A DNA stretch of 64,000 bases. Source: Mobula hypostoma. Its lineage: Eukaryota. The stretch lies in the NCBI RefSeq assembly GCF_963921235.1, contig NC_086097.1:219916001-219980000 (forward strand). The letters are read 5' to 3'. The position numbers and the translations under genes were made by a program. The notes under the pieces are model-generated. The model was not told the DNA's origin. It saw only the letters and a list, made by a program, of their open reading frames with translations, and did not search any database. Shown here one piece after another: positions 26,721-39,287 of the stretch; position 1 is the first letter of the stretch; each line of letters opens with the position of its first letter.

Positions 26721-27372
26721 CAGACATCCCACCCTGCAAAAACTCATTTCAGGGAGGTAGCACCACCTTTTAAGGGAGGTAGCACCCCTGCTCCCCACAA
26801 CCCCATATCCACCCTCCCCCCCCCGTCAGTTGACCTCCAAAGGCGTATGTAATACTTTGTTTAGTGATTTTGTCTAATCTGTAAACCAAGTTGGGTATAT
26901 GCAGAAAATGTGACATTAAAATATGTACTTATATTATATTATCATGTTTATTCTATTACAACTTTAAGCAAGTCTAGAGGGGGTTTGGACATCAATAGAG
27001 TAGCTCCTTAGCAGCTAGCCAGCTAGTTTAAATAACATTAGCTATGCTAATGAACGAATGATACCTGTTAAACTCGCCTCAACATGCCTTTTACATTTTA
27101 ACCCACCATAGGCAATAGAAAAGTCACTGTTGCAAACAGCGCAGCGAGCAACACTCTCATTATTTTTGAGGTCGACTGTAAAGCCTGCCCACAGAGAAAA
27201 CTGATAGGTCTACCTAGCACGAAGAGAGACCAATCAGGATGCTTGCTCTCGCTCTGGCTCTCCCTCTCAAAAAAATTAATTTGCGGGATATTGTACATAA
27301 TTTCCGGGCATCAGGGAGCCGCTATCAATATGCGGGAGACTCCCAGAACTTCTGGGAGAGGTGGGATGTCTG
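26721..27372. mobile_element. Non-autonomous TIR DNA transposon (hAT-like) with 6-bp TSD
   Basis: Perfect 13-bp TIR CAGACATCCCACC / GGTGGGATGTCTG. ACTTTG duplicated at 26715-26720 and 27373-27378. Confidence 0.8.
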
Positions 27373-27829
27373 ACTTTGAGCAATGCAATTCTGCATAATC
27401 ACATGCAGTCTGGAACATTCTGTGTGAATCTGCAGCTTGAAGTGCATATATGTTAAATTCAAAGTATTCTGTCTAGCTAATGAGCCATTACTTCTTTGTA
27501 TGTGTGTCTCAATGCACTCTTGTTTTTTTTTTCAAACTGACGTTGGGGATGGTGGTCTATTTGGGATTATTGAAGACCGCTGAGAGCTCTCACTTGGCAA
27601 CAATTCCTCCAAAACTGTTCTTTTTTCTTTGCAATGTTAGCATGGAAACACTTACATGGAACCTCCTTTGTGCAAGGCCTCTGCATGTACCATGTTCATA
27701 GGCTGCCATGTAGCATATGCCATGCTTAGCCACGTCACTGATGGATGTTCTGACTGATTATGTTATGAACCGCAACATTCAAGCTGAAGTGGTGTAGAGA
27801 GTGCAAAGCAATAGGCAACACGTTCATAA

Positions 27830-28055
27830 ATACTAGAGATTCTGCAGATGCTGGAAATCCAGAGTAACACACACACACAAATTGCTGGAGGAACTCAGGA
27901 GGTCAGGCGGCATCTATGGAGAGGAATGAAAAGTTGATGTTTCAGGTACAGATGAGCCTTGATGAAGGGTCACAGCTGAAACGTCGACTGTTTATTTCTC
28001 TCCATAGATGCAGCCTGACCTAGTGGGTTCCTCCAGCATTTTGGATGTGTTACTC
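27830..28055. mobile_element. Penelope pLTR-derived palindromic element
   Basis: Inverted arms TGCTGGAGGAACTCAG..CATCTATGGAGAG / CTCTCCATAGATG..TTCCTCCAGCA around TTGATGAAGGG..GAAACGTCGACTG. Confidence 0.7.
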
Positions 28056-28539
28056 AGGCAACAAATACAGCTGACAATCAATGCAGCAAACTATGAAAAG
28101 AAAGCGGAGACAATTGAAGATAGATTGAAAGAATGCTTGACACTTCAATCTCACCTTGACACATCTCTGGAAATGTAAGACATGTTCAGAGACAGCTACA
28201 TCAGAGAAACAGAGACAATGTATACAAATAAAACAGATCAGATGTAGACTTGGTGTAATGCAAGCTGTGACCAATCCTGTGTACTCTAAGTTGTCAAGCT
28301 GAAAAAAAATTTATAAGTTAAACAAAATGGTATGAATGTGAAAACTGACTAGATGGGCCATGCCAGAAGTGACAAAAGCAGCAACGCTGAATGAAAAAGT
28401 CACACTACATCAAGCCGTGGAGATGAATAATAGGCAATGCCCAAGACACAAGAAGTGTACAGAGAATTAACAGGATCCGAATGCTGCTTTGCAAATTGAA
28501 CCAACTTTGGTTCTTTCCCATGTCTACACTTAAAGAGCA

Positions 28540-28785
28540 TTAGAAACATAGAAAACCCACAGCACAATACAGGCCCCTTGGCCCACAATGCTGTGCCAAA
28601 CATGTACTTATTTTAGAAATTACCTAGGGTTTCCCCGAGCTCTCTATTTTTCTAAGCTCCATGTACATACCCAGGAGTCTCTTAAGAGACCCTATTGTAT
28701 CCGCCTCCACCACCATCGCCGGCAGCCCATTCTACCCACTTACCACTGTCTGCGTAAAAAACTTGCCTGTGACATCTCCTCTGTT
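28540..28785 (-). mobile_element. CR1-type LINE 3' end
   Basis: (CATAGAAA)n tail followed by sequence closely similar to the CR1 end at 47745-47960. Confidence 0.8.
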
Positions 28786-28789
28786 GGCA

Positions 28790-29255
28790 AACATTGCCAT
28801 ACCTCTTCTCATGTCAAGATGAGGCCATCCTCGGAGTGGAGAAGCAACACACTACAATCCGTTTGAGTTGCCTCCAACCTAATGGCATGAATATTGATTT
28901 GTCCTTCCAATAAAAAAATCCCCCCCCATTCCCCACTTTGACATTTTGCCTATCACTTCCCCCTGATGCCCCTCCTCCTTCTCTTTTTCCTATGGTCTAC
29001 TCTCCTCTCCTATCAGATTTCGTCTTCTCTAGCCCTTGACCTTTCCCACCCACCTGCCTTCACCTATCACCTTCCAGTCCCCTACCCCCACCTTTTTTGA
29101 TCCTTCCCCATTCCTTCCCAGAACTGAAGAATGGTCTCAGCCCAAAACATCGCTTGTTTATTCATTTCCATGGATGCTGCCTAACCATTGAGCTCCTCCA
29201 GCATTTTCTATGTGTTGCTCTGGATTTCCAGCACCGCAGACTTTCTTATGTTTAT
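28790..29255 (+). mobile_element. Penelope-like element 3' fragment (GIY-YIG end plus pLTR)
   Basis: GAAGCAACAC..CCTCCAACCTAATGGCATGAATATTGATTT, homologous to the element at 60466-61472, followed by a pyrimidine-rich pLTR. Confidence 0.7.
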
Positions 29256-29849
29256 GATTGAAAATGACAGTTCACAGGACCCAGCCATAAAAACTTACAA
29301 TGAACTCTAGGTACAGCATGCAACAAACTTATGCTAAGAAGTCAGGTTGGCCTGTAATTTTCCAAGCCATCGTGGATAAAGTATTGCAAAGACTAGATCA
29401 TTATTGTCATAACCAAGCTGATCTGATGAATGCCTTGAGCACAAACACAGAAAAAGACTGTTTAAGAGATTGTACGAATCCTGACTGAATGTGAAGCAAA
29501 TGCACGTTTTTCAATGAGAGGTATCTTACATTGATTTGAAGGTTGTTGCCAATGCTTACAGCCAGTGAAGAAAAAAAACTAAAGGCCATTTTCAAAGTTC
29601 CAAAGACTGAAAATACTGCTTGTAAGGACAGCTTAGTATCATGTGCAATTGCTTCCAGATCTTGTGACATACTCTGTTGGTTGGATGGGGTTTCACAGTA
29701 ATGTGTTTAATAATGAGTTATCTGAAATCCCTACCTTCATCAATTTTATACCATCCATGAAGTGTACATATTTCCCAGTACAGTATTTTCTAACATTCGT
29801 TTTTCCCAAGTTATTTTGTCTAACTGATCTCTATTTCTTTCTTTGAAAT

Positions 29850-31560
29850 GACCATAAGATATTGTAGCAGAATTAGGCTGTTGCCATCTGTCCCATCGCG
29901 TCTGCTCCGCCATTCAATCATGGCTGATTCTTTTTTCCCCTCCCACTCCCCAACCTTCTGCCTGTAACCTTTGATGCCGTGGCCAATCAAGAACCTATCA
30001 AGCTCCACCTGAAATATATCCAACAACCTGGCCTCCACAGCTGCTTGTGGTAACAAATTCCATAAATACATCACCCTCTGGCTAAAGAAATTTCTCCATA
30101 TCTCTGTTTTAAATGGACGCCCCTTTATCCTGAGGCTGTGCCCTCTTCTCCTACACTCCCCCACCATAGGAAACATCCTTTCCACATCTACTCTATCTAG
30201 GCCTTTCAAAATCTGAAAGGTTTCAATGAGATCCCCTTTCATCCTTCTAAATTCCAGTGAGTACAGACTCAGAGCCATCAAACGTTCCTCGTATGATAAC
30301 CCTTTAATTCCTGAAGTCACTCTTATGGACCTCCTCTGAACCCTCTCCAAGATGAGGGTTCTAAGATGAGGGGCCCAAAACTGTTCACAATACTCAAGGT
30401 GAGGCCTCACCAGTGCCTTATAAAGCCTCAGCATCACATCCTTGCTCTTGTATTCCAGACCTCTTGAAATGAATGCTAACGTTGCAGTTGCCTTCCTCAT
30501 CACTGACTCAACCTGCAAGTTAGCCTTTAGGGTGTTCTGCACAAAGATTCCTTTTGCATCTCAGATTTTTGGATTTTCTCCCTGTTTAGAAAATAGTCCA
30601 CACATTTATTTCTACTACCAAAGTGCATGACCATGCATTTTCCAACGTTGTATTTCATTTGCTACTTTCTTGCCCATTCTCCTAATCTGACTAAGTCCTT
30701 CTACAGCCTACCTGTTTCCTCAGTATTAACTGCTCCTGCACCAATCTTCGTATCATCTGCAAACTTGACAGCAAAGCCATTTATTCTATCATCTAAGTTA
30801 TTGGTATACAGCATAAAAAGAAGCAGTCCCAACACTGACCCCTGTGAACACCACTAGTCACTGGCAGCCAAGCAGACAATGATTCTTTTATTCCCACTTG
30901 CTGCCTCTGATCAATCAGCCAATGCTCTAAGCAAGGCTCTGTAATACCATGGGCTCTTAACTTGGCAAGCAGCCTCATGTGTGGCACCTTGTCAAAGTCC
31001 TTCTGAAAGTCCAAATGTACAGCATCCACTGCATCCCCTTTATCTATCCTGACAGTTTGGCTGCACACTATCTTTGCTTTCTCACCATCCGTCCTATCCT
31101 GAGTCCCTTCACTCTAGTTCCTATCCCCCTACCAAATTAGTTTAAACCTCCCCAACCGCTCTAACAAATCTGCCCATGAGAATATTTGTCCCCCTTGGGT
31201 TCAGGTGCAACCGTCACTATTGAACAGCTCATACCTCCCCCAGAGGAGATCCCAATGATCTGAAACCTGAAGCCCTGCTCCCTGCACCAGCTTCTCAGCC
31301 ATGCAATAATCTGCCAGATCATCCTGTTTCTACCCTCACTGGTGCCTGGCACAGGTAGCAATCCAGAAATTACTACCCTGGTTGTCCTTCTTCTCAAGTT
31401 TCTTCCCAGCTCTCTAAATGTTCTCTTCAGGACCTCTTTGCTTTTCCTTCCTATGTCACTGGTACCGATAGGTACCAAGACATCTGGCTACCCTCCCTCC
31501 CCCCCCATAGTGGACATCCCTAACCCTGGCTCCTGGGAGACAACATAGCATTCGGGTGTC
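29850..31560 (-). mobile_element. CR1-type LINE with large internal deletion (ORF1 esterase remnant joined to RT and 3' end)
   Basis: GTSDIGRK..RVVISGLLPVP (SGNH-type ORF1) at 31161-31478 lies next to DKGDAVDAVHLDFQKDFDKVPH and LVRPHLEYCEQFWAP. Confidence 0.85.
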
Positions 31561-31849
31561 TGTTTTACGTCCACAGAATCTCCTGTCATGTTCCTCTGAC
31601 TATTGAGTCCCCTGTGTCCATGTTCCCCACTTGTCCCTCTTTCCCTTCTGCGCCATGGACCCATGCACCATGACCTGCAAACTGAAGAGAGTATCTCCCC
31701 TTACATGTATCCGAAGAGCAGTCAATGGTAAAGTGTTATAATTTCCCAAAATACTCGCCATTAGTAATTGGTAGGGAGATTGCCATGAAAGCATGCCATG
31801 ATAATGCAACACTATTAGAGCTCAGGATAAAGGAGTACAGAGTTCCGTT

Positions 31850-32050
31850 CCGGTGACAACTGTAAAGAGTTTATTAGTCCTCCCTTTGAAAGTGTGGGAT
31901 TCTTCGCATATTCCAAAGATTAGTAGATTAATAGATCATTGTAAATTGTCCCATGATTAGGATGGGGTTTAATGATGGGCTGCTGTGCAGTGCGGCTCGT
32001 TGGGCAGGAAAGGCTTGTCTCAGCTGTATCGTTGATGAATAAATAAATAA
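31850..32050 (+). mobile_element. V-SINE-like element
   Basis: TTCCAAAGAT..TTAATAGATCATTGTAAATTGTCCCATGATTAGG..(AATA)n, similar to 2300-2524. Another fragment lies at ~36090-36310. Confidence 0.6.
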
Positions 32051-32784
32051 AGCACATAGGAAATGTGGATAAGTTCATGAGATGAGCTCAAGAAAGGTGG
32101 AAGGAGACTCAGTCAAAGCACGAATGCTTCCTTAACTTACAAAACCAAAGAATCTGTTTCAATGTTATCAAATCTTGCAAAACTACAATAACTGTTATTT
32201 CTGATTCTCTTAAAGTGGCTGCTTTATAGGTATCTGATAGAAATTAACATTAGGGAGTTGACAGACCTGGGTGAATATGTATTCCATGCAACAGGAAGGA
32301 TGTTACAAAAATGACACTTAAGAAATGCAGAGCATCAAGGATCAAGTATATCTTTATCCGTATACATTTACATATATTAGAAATTATCTGTGGTGTGTTG
32401 GCATGACATGCAACAAAATAACAACATTCAACAGTTACTAATAAAATAAAGGATTATGAAAAATAAACTTAGAGGTTAAAGTACAGGTATGGAATAAAAG
32501 TAGTTTTAAAGTGTTTACAATTTAAAGCAGTTACTGAGGTAATATGTAGAGAGGTTGAATGGAGGCTAACTAAAATAGTTGATCATATTCACGGCCTGGG
32601 GAAGAAACTTTTAATATGGCATGGTTTTTGTTTTTGTTTTAATAGCCCTATAGTGCTTTCCAGAAGGGAGCTTTTGGAAAGGCCAGTTTGCTGGTTGGGT
32701 AGTGTCTGCAATGATTTTCCTGCCAGCCGTTTCGCCCTGGACAGACACATCTTCACTCAGGTTTGGTGGAACTACAATTAGAAG

Positions 32785-33062
32785 TTATAGGTGAAGGGTG
32801 AAAAGTTTAAGGGGAACATGAGGGGAGACTTCTTCACTCAAGGGGAGGGTCATGAGAGTGTGGAACCAGCTGCCAGTGCAAGTGGTGCATGCGAGCTTGA
32901 TTTCAATGTTTAAGAGAAGTTTGGATAGGTACACGGATGGTAGGGATATGGAAGGCTATGGTTCCAGTGCAGGTCGATGGGAGTAGGCAGCTTAAATGGT
33001 TCGGCATGGACTAGATTGGCCGAAGGGCCTGTTTCTGTGCTGTATTTTTCTATGACTCTATG
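32785..33062 (+). mobile_element. CR1-type LINE 3' end
   Basis: GGTGAAAAGTTTAAGGGGAACATGAGGGG..GGCCTGTTTCTGTGCTGTA..TCTATGACTCTATG tail. Confidence 0.85.
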
Positions 33063-33678
33063 AAAAGTCCTGCAGTGATGGTAGACTGCCGCCAGTAACC
33101 CTTTCTGCTGCCCTGACCTGACACGTGTGTGTAGGTGAACCTTGCAGCAAATCCAAGAGAGATGGACAACATGACTTTGGGGAAGTAGGGAGGGTTGGTT
33201 CCCTTGTGCTAATCTAAAACATCAATCCCTCTGCAGTGTAGAAGTAGCTAAGGGTCTCTGAAGCTATCTCTGTAGACAGCAGCAAACCACAATCAGCCAG
33301 GGGTACATAGTCCTGGTTTGGCCTGATATGATATGAAATGATATCCAACCCAAGAACAGAAAATACCTCCTTCCCAGCAGCTGATGACTCAGCAGGCCTT
33401 TGATTATACTTTATTGTTTTAATCCTTTTCAGATCATCTCATGACTGCCATTACAGAGACAGACTTAAATGGTGCAAATTTCACAGATATAATGTATTCT
33501 TAAAATTGTGTAACAGGTCCTTCCCGGCTCCTATGGCCTTTGGACTCAGAAATGTTATCACTAAATATTTTGGGAATAAAGATTCCCCTCATTTAAACAC
33601 AGAAGTCGTCAGTTCTGACAATGTAGATGTAAAGTGCATCATTCATTGAAATGTTCTGCTTTGGTTTTGTGGTTTCAG

Positions 33679-33802
33679 CTGACAAATACAGTACACATGG
33701 TTGACCGGGAAATCCTTAATCAGTTGCATATACAGTTAATGGAACTAAGAAGTTGCCAAGGACACAAACAATGCACTCCCCGGACTAAGGGTGCAGAAAC
33801 AG
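33679..33802 (+). CDS. SULF1: SULF1 exon: [41 protein letters not shown](G)
   Basis: AG at 33677-33678, GTAATC at 33803, 124 nt, phase 0/1. Confidence 0.97.
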
Positions 33803-34110
33803 GTAATCCTTGTTGTAATTTTCTGATGACAATGGATGACAATTATTCTAAGCTCTCTTCACAGGGAGTCAACGCCTAATAGTAAGAGAATTATAAAACC
33901 AAATGTGTATTTCTATTCTTGCCTGCATACTGTATGTGAATTTGCTCTTCACCAGTAAAATTTAATTCATCCCCATTGTTCTTCACTTTTCAGGTGAAAT
34001 CCTCATGAAAGTCTACAATATTTGAAATGGATCGGAATGCTGCATCACTCTTTATTTAACATTTAGTTACAGTACAACTTTCTGACAAAGTGGATTCTAT
34101 CTATCTTGAG

Positions 34111-35484
34111 TATCAAGCAGTAGTAAATCAAGGCAACTGGACTTGCTGTGTTGTCTAGAAGACGTTTCGCCACTCATCTTTGAGGCTTCTTCATTTCTGA
34201 TCCATGATGGGCAGTTTTTCGGCTTATAAACCCCGTGAATTGTTTAAAGGTATAGCAATCACACCAGGGTCGCTAAGAGTTATGGGGGTAATGAGGGGGT
34301 CATTAGTCTTATCTTTACATGAATGGAGGTGTGAACTGTTGTGAAGACACCGGGGTAGAGATGTTTGGACTACATTGTAAGTAACTGATAGGTGTTGTCG
34401 TTCCCCACCCCTCTGTTCAGGGATGGGTTTTCCAGTTTAACAAAGATAGCTTCTTTAACCTCTCTTTTAAACCACCTGTCCTCCCTGTCCAAAATGTGCA
34501 GTGATGTGGTTGTTTTGTCTCGCCGGTTATACAGATCTGTGCAGTTCTCAGTGCAATGGATAGCATATACAATATTGCCTTGTTTATGTTTGGGGGTAGA
34601 ATCCTTGGGGTGGATGAGTTTCTGTCTGAGTGTGTTTGTAGGTTTAAAAAACACAGGGATTTTGAGTTTGTTGAAAATCCTTCTGAGTTTCTCTGAAACT
34701 CCAGCTACATATGGGATGACTACGTTTTTCCATCCACTTTGCTCCTTTCCTCTGTCTGCTGGGCTGATGTCCCTGCTGGTTTTCGTTGCTGTCTTGATGA
34801 AAGATAGCCGCAAGTTTTCAACTTCTCTCAAATACTTGCGCTCCTTATCTTTAGCTGTAATGTTGGTGGGCACATTCTTGGCTCAGTGATGTAGTGTTCT
34901 GATAACTTATGTTCTCATGGGTGATGAGAGTCAAACTGTGGGTACTGATCTGTGTGGGTGTGCACAAACCGATGGCCCAGTTTAAGAGACTCCTCAGATC
35001 AAGACTCAGCTGTAAATCTACATGTAAAGGACAAGGGACACTCCTTTGGTAATAACAATGGGCACATTTTGGTCAGGGAGGACAGGTGGTTTGAAAGAGT
35101 GATTAAAGAAGCTATCTTTGTCAAACTGGAAAACCCATCTCTGAACAGAGGAGTGGGGAACAACACCACCTATCAGCTACTTACAATGTAGTCCTTACAT
35201 CTGTACCCTGGCATCTCCACAGCAGTTGAAACCTCCATTCATGTAAAGATACGACTAATGACCCTCTCATTACCTCTATGACTCAACGACTCTCGCAAGA
35301 TTGCTGTATCTTTAAACAACTCATTGAGCTTATAAGCTAGCAAACTGCGCACCATGGATCAGAACTGAAGAAGCCTCTCAAATGAGTGGCGAAACGTCTT
35401 CTAGACAACACCTCAAGTCCATTTGCCTTGATTCACTACTGCTTGATATACAATGACCTGGATGACTGAGAACTTTCATAGGCA
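34111..35484. mobile_element. Penelope-like element with inverted structure (GIY-YIG remnants, inverted pLTRs)
   Basis: Minus ORF IPYVAGVSEKLRRIF..NIVYAIHC..LY. KEAIFVKLENPSLNRG is encoded on both strands. 13-bp TSD TATCTATCTTGAG at 34098-34110 and 35485-35497. Confidence 0.9.
35361..35402 (+). ncRNA. Minimal type-I hammerhead ribozyme motif in Penelope pLTR
   Basis: AGAA-CTGAAGA-A-GCC(T)CTCA AA TGAG(T)GGC-GAAAC-GTC-TTCT: intact core, helix II, palindromic helix III, helix I AGAA/TTCT. Confidence 0.7.
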
Positions 35485-36812
35485 TATCTATCTTGAGAGT
35501 CCAGTGTAAAGCACAATGCTATATAGGACCTGACAGCACAGAATATGACACGAAAGCATATCAGTTTTTAAGCCTACTGGTTCACTCTGTTTTTCCTATC
35601 AGTCATAAAAATCTATACTTCCTGGGTTCATTTTCCAAAATGTTCCTGGTGTACATTTCTACACATTAATGTCAATGGTTATTAACAATGGTTATTAATC
35701 TAATATAATTATAAACACTTCATAAGCGAGTGATCATCTGTGAGTCACTTTTTAGCATCCATAAAAAATAAGGTATTTACTACATCCACATTTTTGACTG
35801 AGGAAAGCTTACTAAAAACTCTGTTGTTAGTCATGAAGCTGCCAACAAAGTCAGGCATATCGTTTTGTATGCTCTGTTATTGCTGAGTCTTGAAAGCACA
35901 TTGATTTTAACCTATTAATGGTCAACATATTTTCAGCAGCTTATTTAAAGAGGATTAATTAACTTATTTGCCACTCCCTCGCTTTGACAAGGATGTATGA
36001 TATTTTAAAAGAAGGAGAAAAGTCATCTTGGTAATTGCAACCAAGGAAGGTCTGCTATGGATTCACATAGAGTATAAATTTCAGGGAGTCCTGTTTCCTC
36101 ACACATTCCCAAGATGTGTCGATTGGTAGGTTAGTTGACCATTGTAAACTGACCCTAGTCTGTAGGTGAGTGTCGGAATCTTGGTGGGGGTGGGGAGTTG
36201 GTTGATGAGAATGTGAGGAGAATAAAATGAGGTTAAAATAGGATTAGTGTAAGTGTATTGACAACATGGACTGGATAGGTCGAAGGGTTGTTTCCATTCT
36301 GTATTACTCTATGGCAGTATGACTGTTCTGGAAGTGATAAAACAGTCTATGAAAGGGATACTGAGAAATGTTTATTTAATGCAGTCATATAAGCAGCTAT
36401 TCTTAGCATGAAACTTGCCATGCTATTGAAATTTAGGTTAAAATTAGATAAACAGTGCCATAGGGATAAATTTGATAGATGATTGTGCAAGATTGGTACT
36501 GACAGCCATTTTCCCTTTTTTTCTTTTCATTGAAGCGACTGAGAATATCAGACAGGAGAGATTGAAAGGAGCCGGTGATATGCTGTCATCCGTTTTACAC
36601 TTACACTAAAGTTGAAGTCTACCCATGTTTTCACTGCTGAGGAAGTGTGTACAGAGTCTTACCATCCTAACTGATCTAATTTACATTAAAACAAAACTGA
36701 TATTGTTCCCCCTTTTAGTTTGGATTTCCAAACCATGTTCTCTTAATTATTTCTCATGTCAAAGGTTACCTTCTCTCTCTATTTTAACCACTTGACATTT
36801 TTCCTCAGGTAA

Positions 36813-37043
36813 TGCATGGACAGCTACATTGTGAATAATTTTTACCATTCTAAAAAACATTAACCTTAATTACTCTTGTATTTTCCTAATCAGGAAATAA
36901 AGATGGAGGAAGCTTTGATCAGCACAGGTATCCTTACTTTTTATTCTCTTGAACAACTATCTTTTCAACCAATTGCATGAGCTGGCCCATTGAAGCTTCT
37001 TTTGCTTGTATTGTCTGTTCCATTCAGCAATCTTTGATGCATG
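36813..37043 (+). promoter_or_regulatory. Three TGCATG (RBFOX-type) intronic splicing motifs around the 34-nt exon
   Basis: TGCATG at 36813-36818, 36974-36979 and 37038-37043. Confidence 0.5.
36894..36927 (+). CDS. SULF1: SULF1 34-nt exon: (G)NKDGGSFDQH(R)
   Basis: AG at 36892-36893, GT at 36928, phase 1/2. Matches recalled GNKDGGSYDLHR. Confidence 0.93.
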
Positions 37044-37680
37044 ATAACACATCCTTTAACAAATAACAACTGAATCTTATTTCAGACCATCTGCTTTACT
37101 CAACTCTGCTCTTTGGGAACCACAGGAGTCCTAATAATTTGCTTCTGTTATGAACCCAGCTCAGTTGTTGCTTTTTAAAGATGAAAGTGATTTCAAAGTG
37201 AAAAAAAATTGTCTGATCCTATCATTCCCTCCATACGTTTTGCATACAAATACATATAAATTTATGCACACATACAGAGACACACACACATACACGCATT
37301 TTACACTTGCACACTGACACAGCTAGTCAATTACTAGAAAACTGAACGGTGTTTAGGTAGACTTTATATTTATCCCAAATTGGACCAAACCATCTTAAAA
37401 AAATGACAAGCCTTAACCGCAAATTACATTCAAAACAAATCCAATGCCATGCTCTTTGACATTGATTTAAAAAGCATTCAGTTTGAAACCACACATTTGT
37501 CCTTGCTCTCCGATGGAGCAGTATTTAGAGAATATCATGCTGTGCCTATCTGAGGACCTTAACGGCAATTCCTAAAGTTTGGCTGCATTTAGAGGCACCC
37601 TTTATATGTTTTTAAATAACAAAAGATAATTTACTAAGATGCTGAACCCTGTGCACCAGTGAAATTACTGAATGCTTTGT

Positions 37681-37795
37681 CGAAACGTCGACTGTTTGTT
37701 CATCTCCATAGATGCTGCCTGACCTGCTGAGTTCCTCCAGCATTTTGTGTGTGTTGCTCTGGATTTCCAGCATCCGCAGATTTTCTTGTGTTTAT
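37681..37795 (+). mobile_element. Penelope pLTR-derived fragment
   Basis: CGAAACGTCGACTG..GATGCTGCCTGACCTGCTGAGTTCCTCCAGCATTTTGTGTG, same family as 27830-28055. Confidence 0.7.
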
Positions 37796-39287
37796 TATCT
37801 TTGGTTAGATAAAGTCAGTTTACTCAAAATTGGTGGACAAGATGCAAAGTAAATGTTTATTTTTTGTGCTAACAATTTTTGCAGTGACAATAAAACCCCA
37901 GAAAGTAAATACATTAGAAATGTATTTAAGCATGAAGAAAAATAAAATCATAACGCCATCGGATGCTGAAGACATCCATGAAAAACGAAATGGAGTCAAA
38001 GCTGATCCTAATGAAGGGCCTCCAACCTGATACGTATCTCTATCCACACGTGTTGCCTCAGCAACTGAGTGCTTCCGGCATATTTTATTTTTATTTCAGA
38101 TTTACAGCATCTACAGTTTGTTGGAATTGCAAAATAAAGTCATAATTGTTTTAAAATCCTTTCCCGGTTGCTTTGGTTCATAGATGATTTTACATTTATG
38201 ATAATACAAACGTTTCTTTGCGATCTTGAGCCATACGCTCACACCAGAGCACAATCACAATTAGGCTAGGTTATTAATACTGTATATCCACAGGAGAAAC
38301 CCTACCCAGTGTTTTCAGGAAATTCAATCACTGTGCTGTAGGAACCATTTTAAATCTATTAACTCCTCAAATATAAATTTGTAATATCATTTTAATCTTC
38401 TGTAAAACATCCTTTGTATTAATTAACAATGGATTTAGATTCTACTTAATCACCACTTTGTGTGCACTATCCTACACCAAGGATTATCCAGACAAGTTTG
38501 AATATTTTAATTTTTTCCCCTAGTTTGGACAGTGATTCAGTAAATTATTGTGACAGGTACTCCTGATAATTTTTTTTCAAATTTACGAATGTCAATGTCA
38601 GACTATGAACCAAAATTAAACTTCCTGTGCCTTTGTAAGTTATTTTACAAACTTTCCTTCACTGCACAACTGGTAAGCTTCACATTCTCTTCTCATCTTG
38701 TAGATAGTTTCTAAAATCTTAATATAAATTTATTAAATTGTGTTAATCAGTAAAAGCACAAACTTCATAGAACTAACAAAATCCATTTGTATCTGCAGTA
38801 CCTATACAATACTTGATAAGTTTTGCTCAGGGGAAGTGCTAAGTGACGGGAAGAGTTTCCCTCAATACTTGCTTGAACAGTTGACGAATGTTTCTCTCAC
38901 AGATTCCAGAGCCTTTGATAACTTTCACTTATCCGTTCTCTTAGTTCTAAAATTGTGTGTAGGATAGGAGAACCCTAAAGGGGGAGAGAAAAAAAAATAG
39001 ACAAGTAGGAAAATACACACGGTGTTCATTAGGCTCGATGACACTTGGAGGAAGTGAGTGCATATAGGTGGGAAAAAAAACATTTAGTAAACTAATGAAA
39101 TTATCCTAATATATATTGCAAATAATTATCTGGCAATAAGTGTATTTTATTTGAGATAACCTAACAGATAAAAATGAATATATTTATATAGAGAATCAGA
39201 AAATGAATAATGTACCAAGATAATCTTAACTTTAGAATCTAACTGTTTGATCTTTGCCTCTTTTTGTTCCTGCTACCTGGTTGCCAG

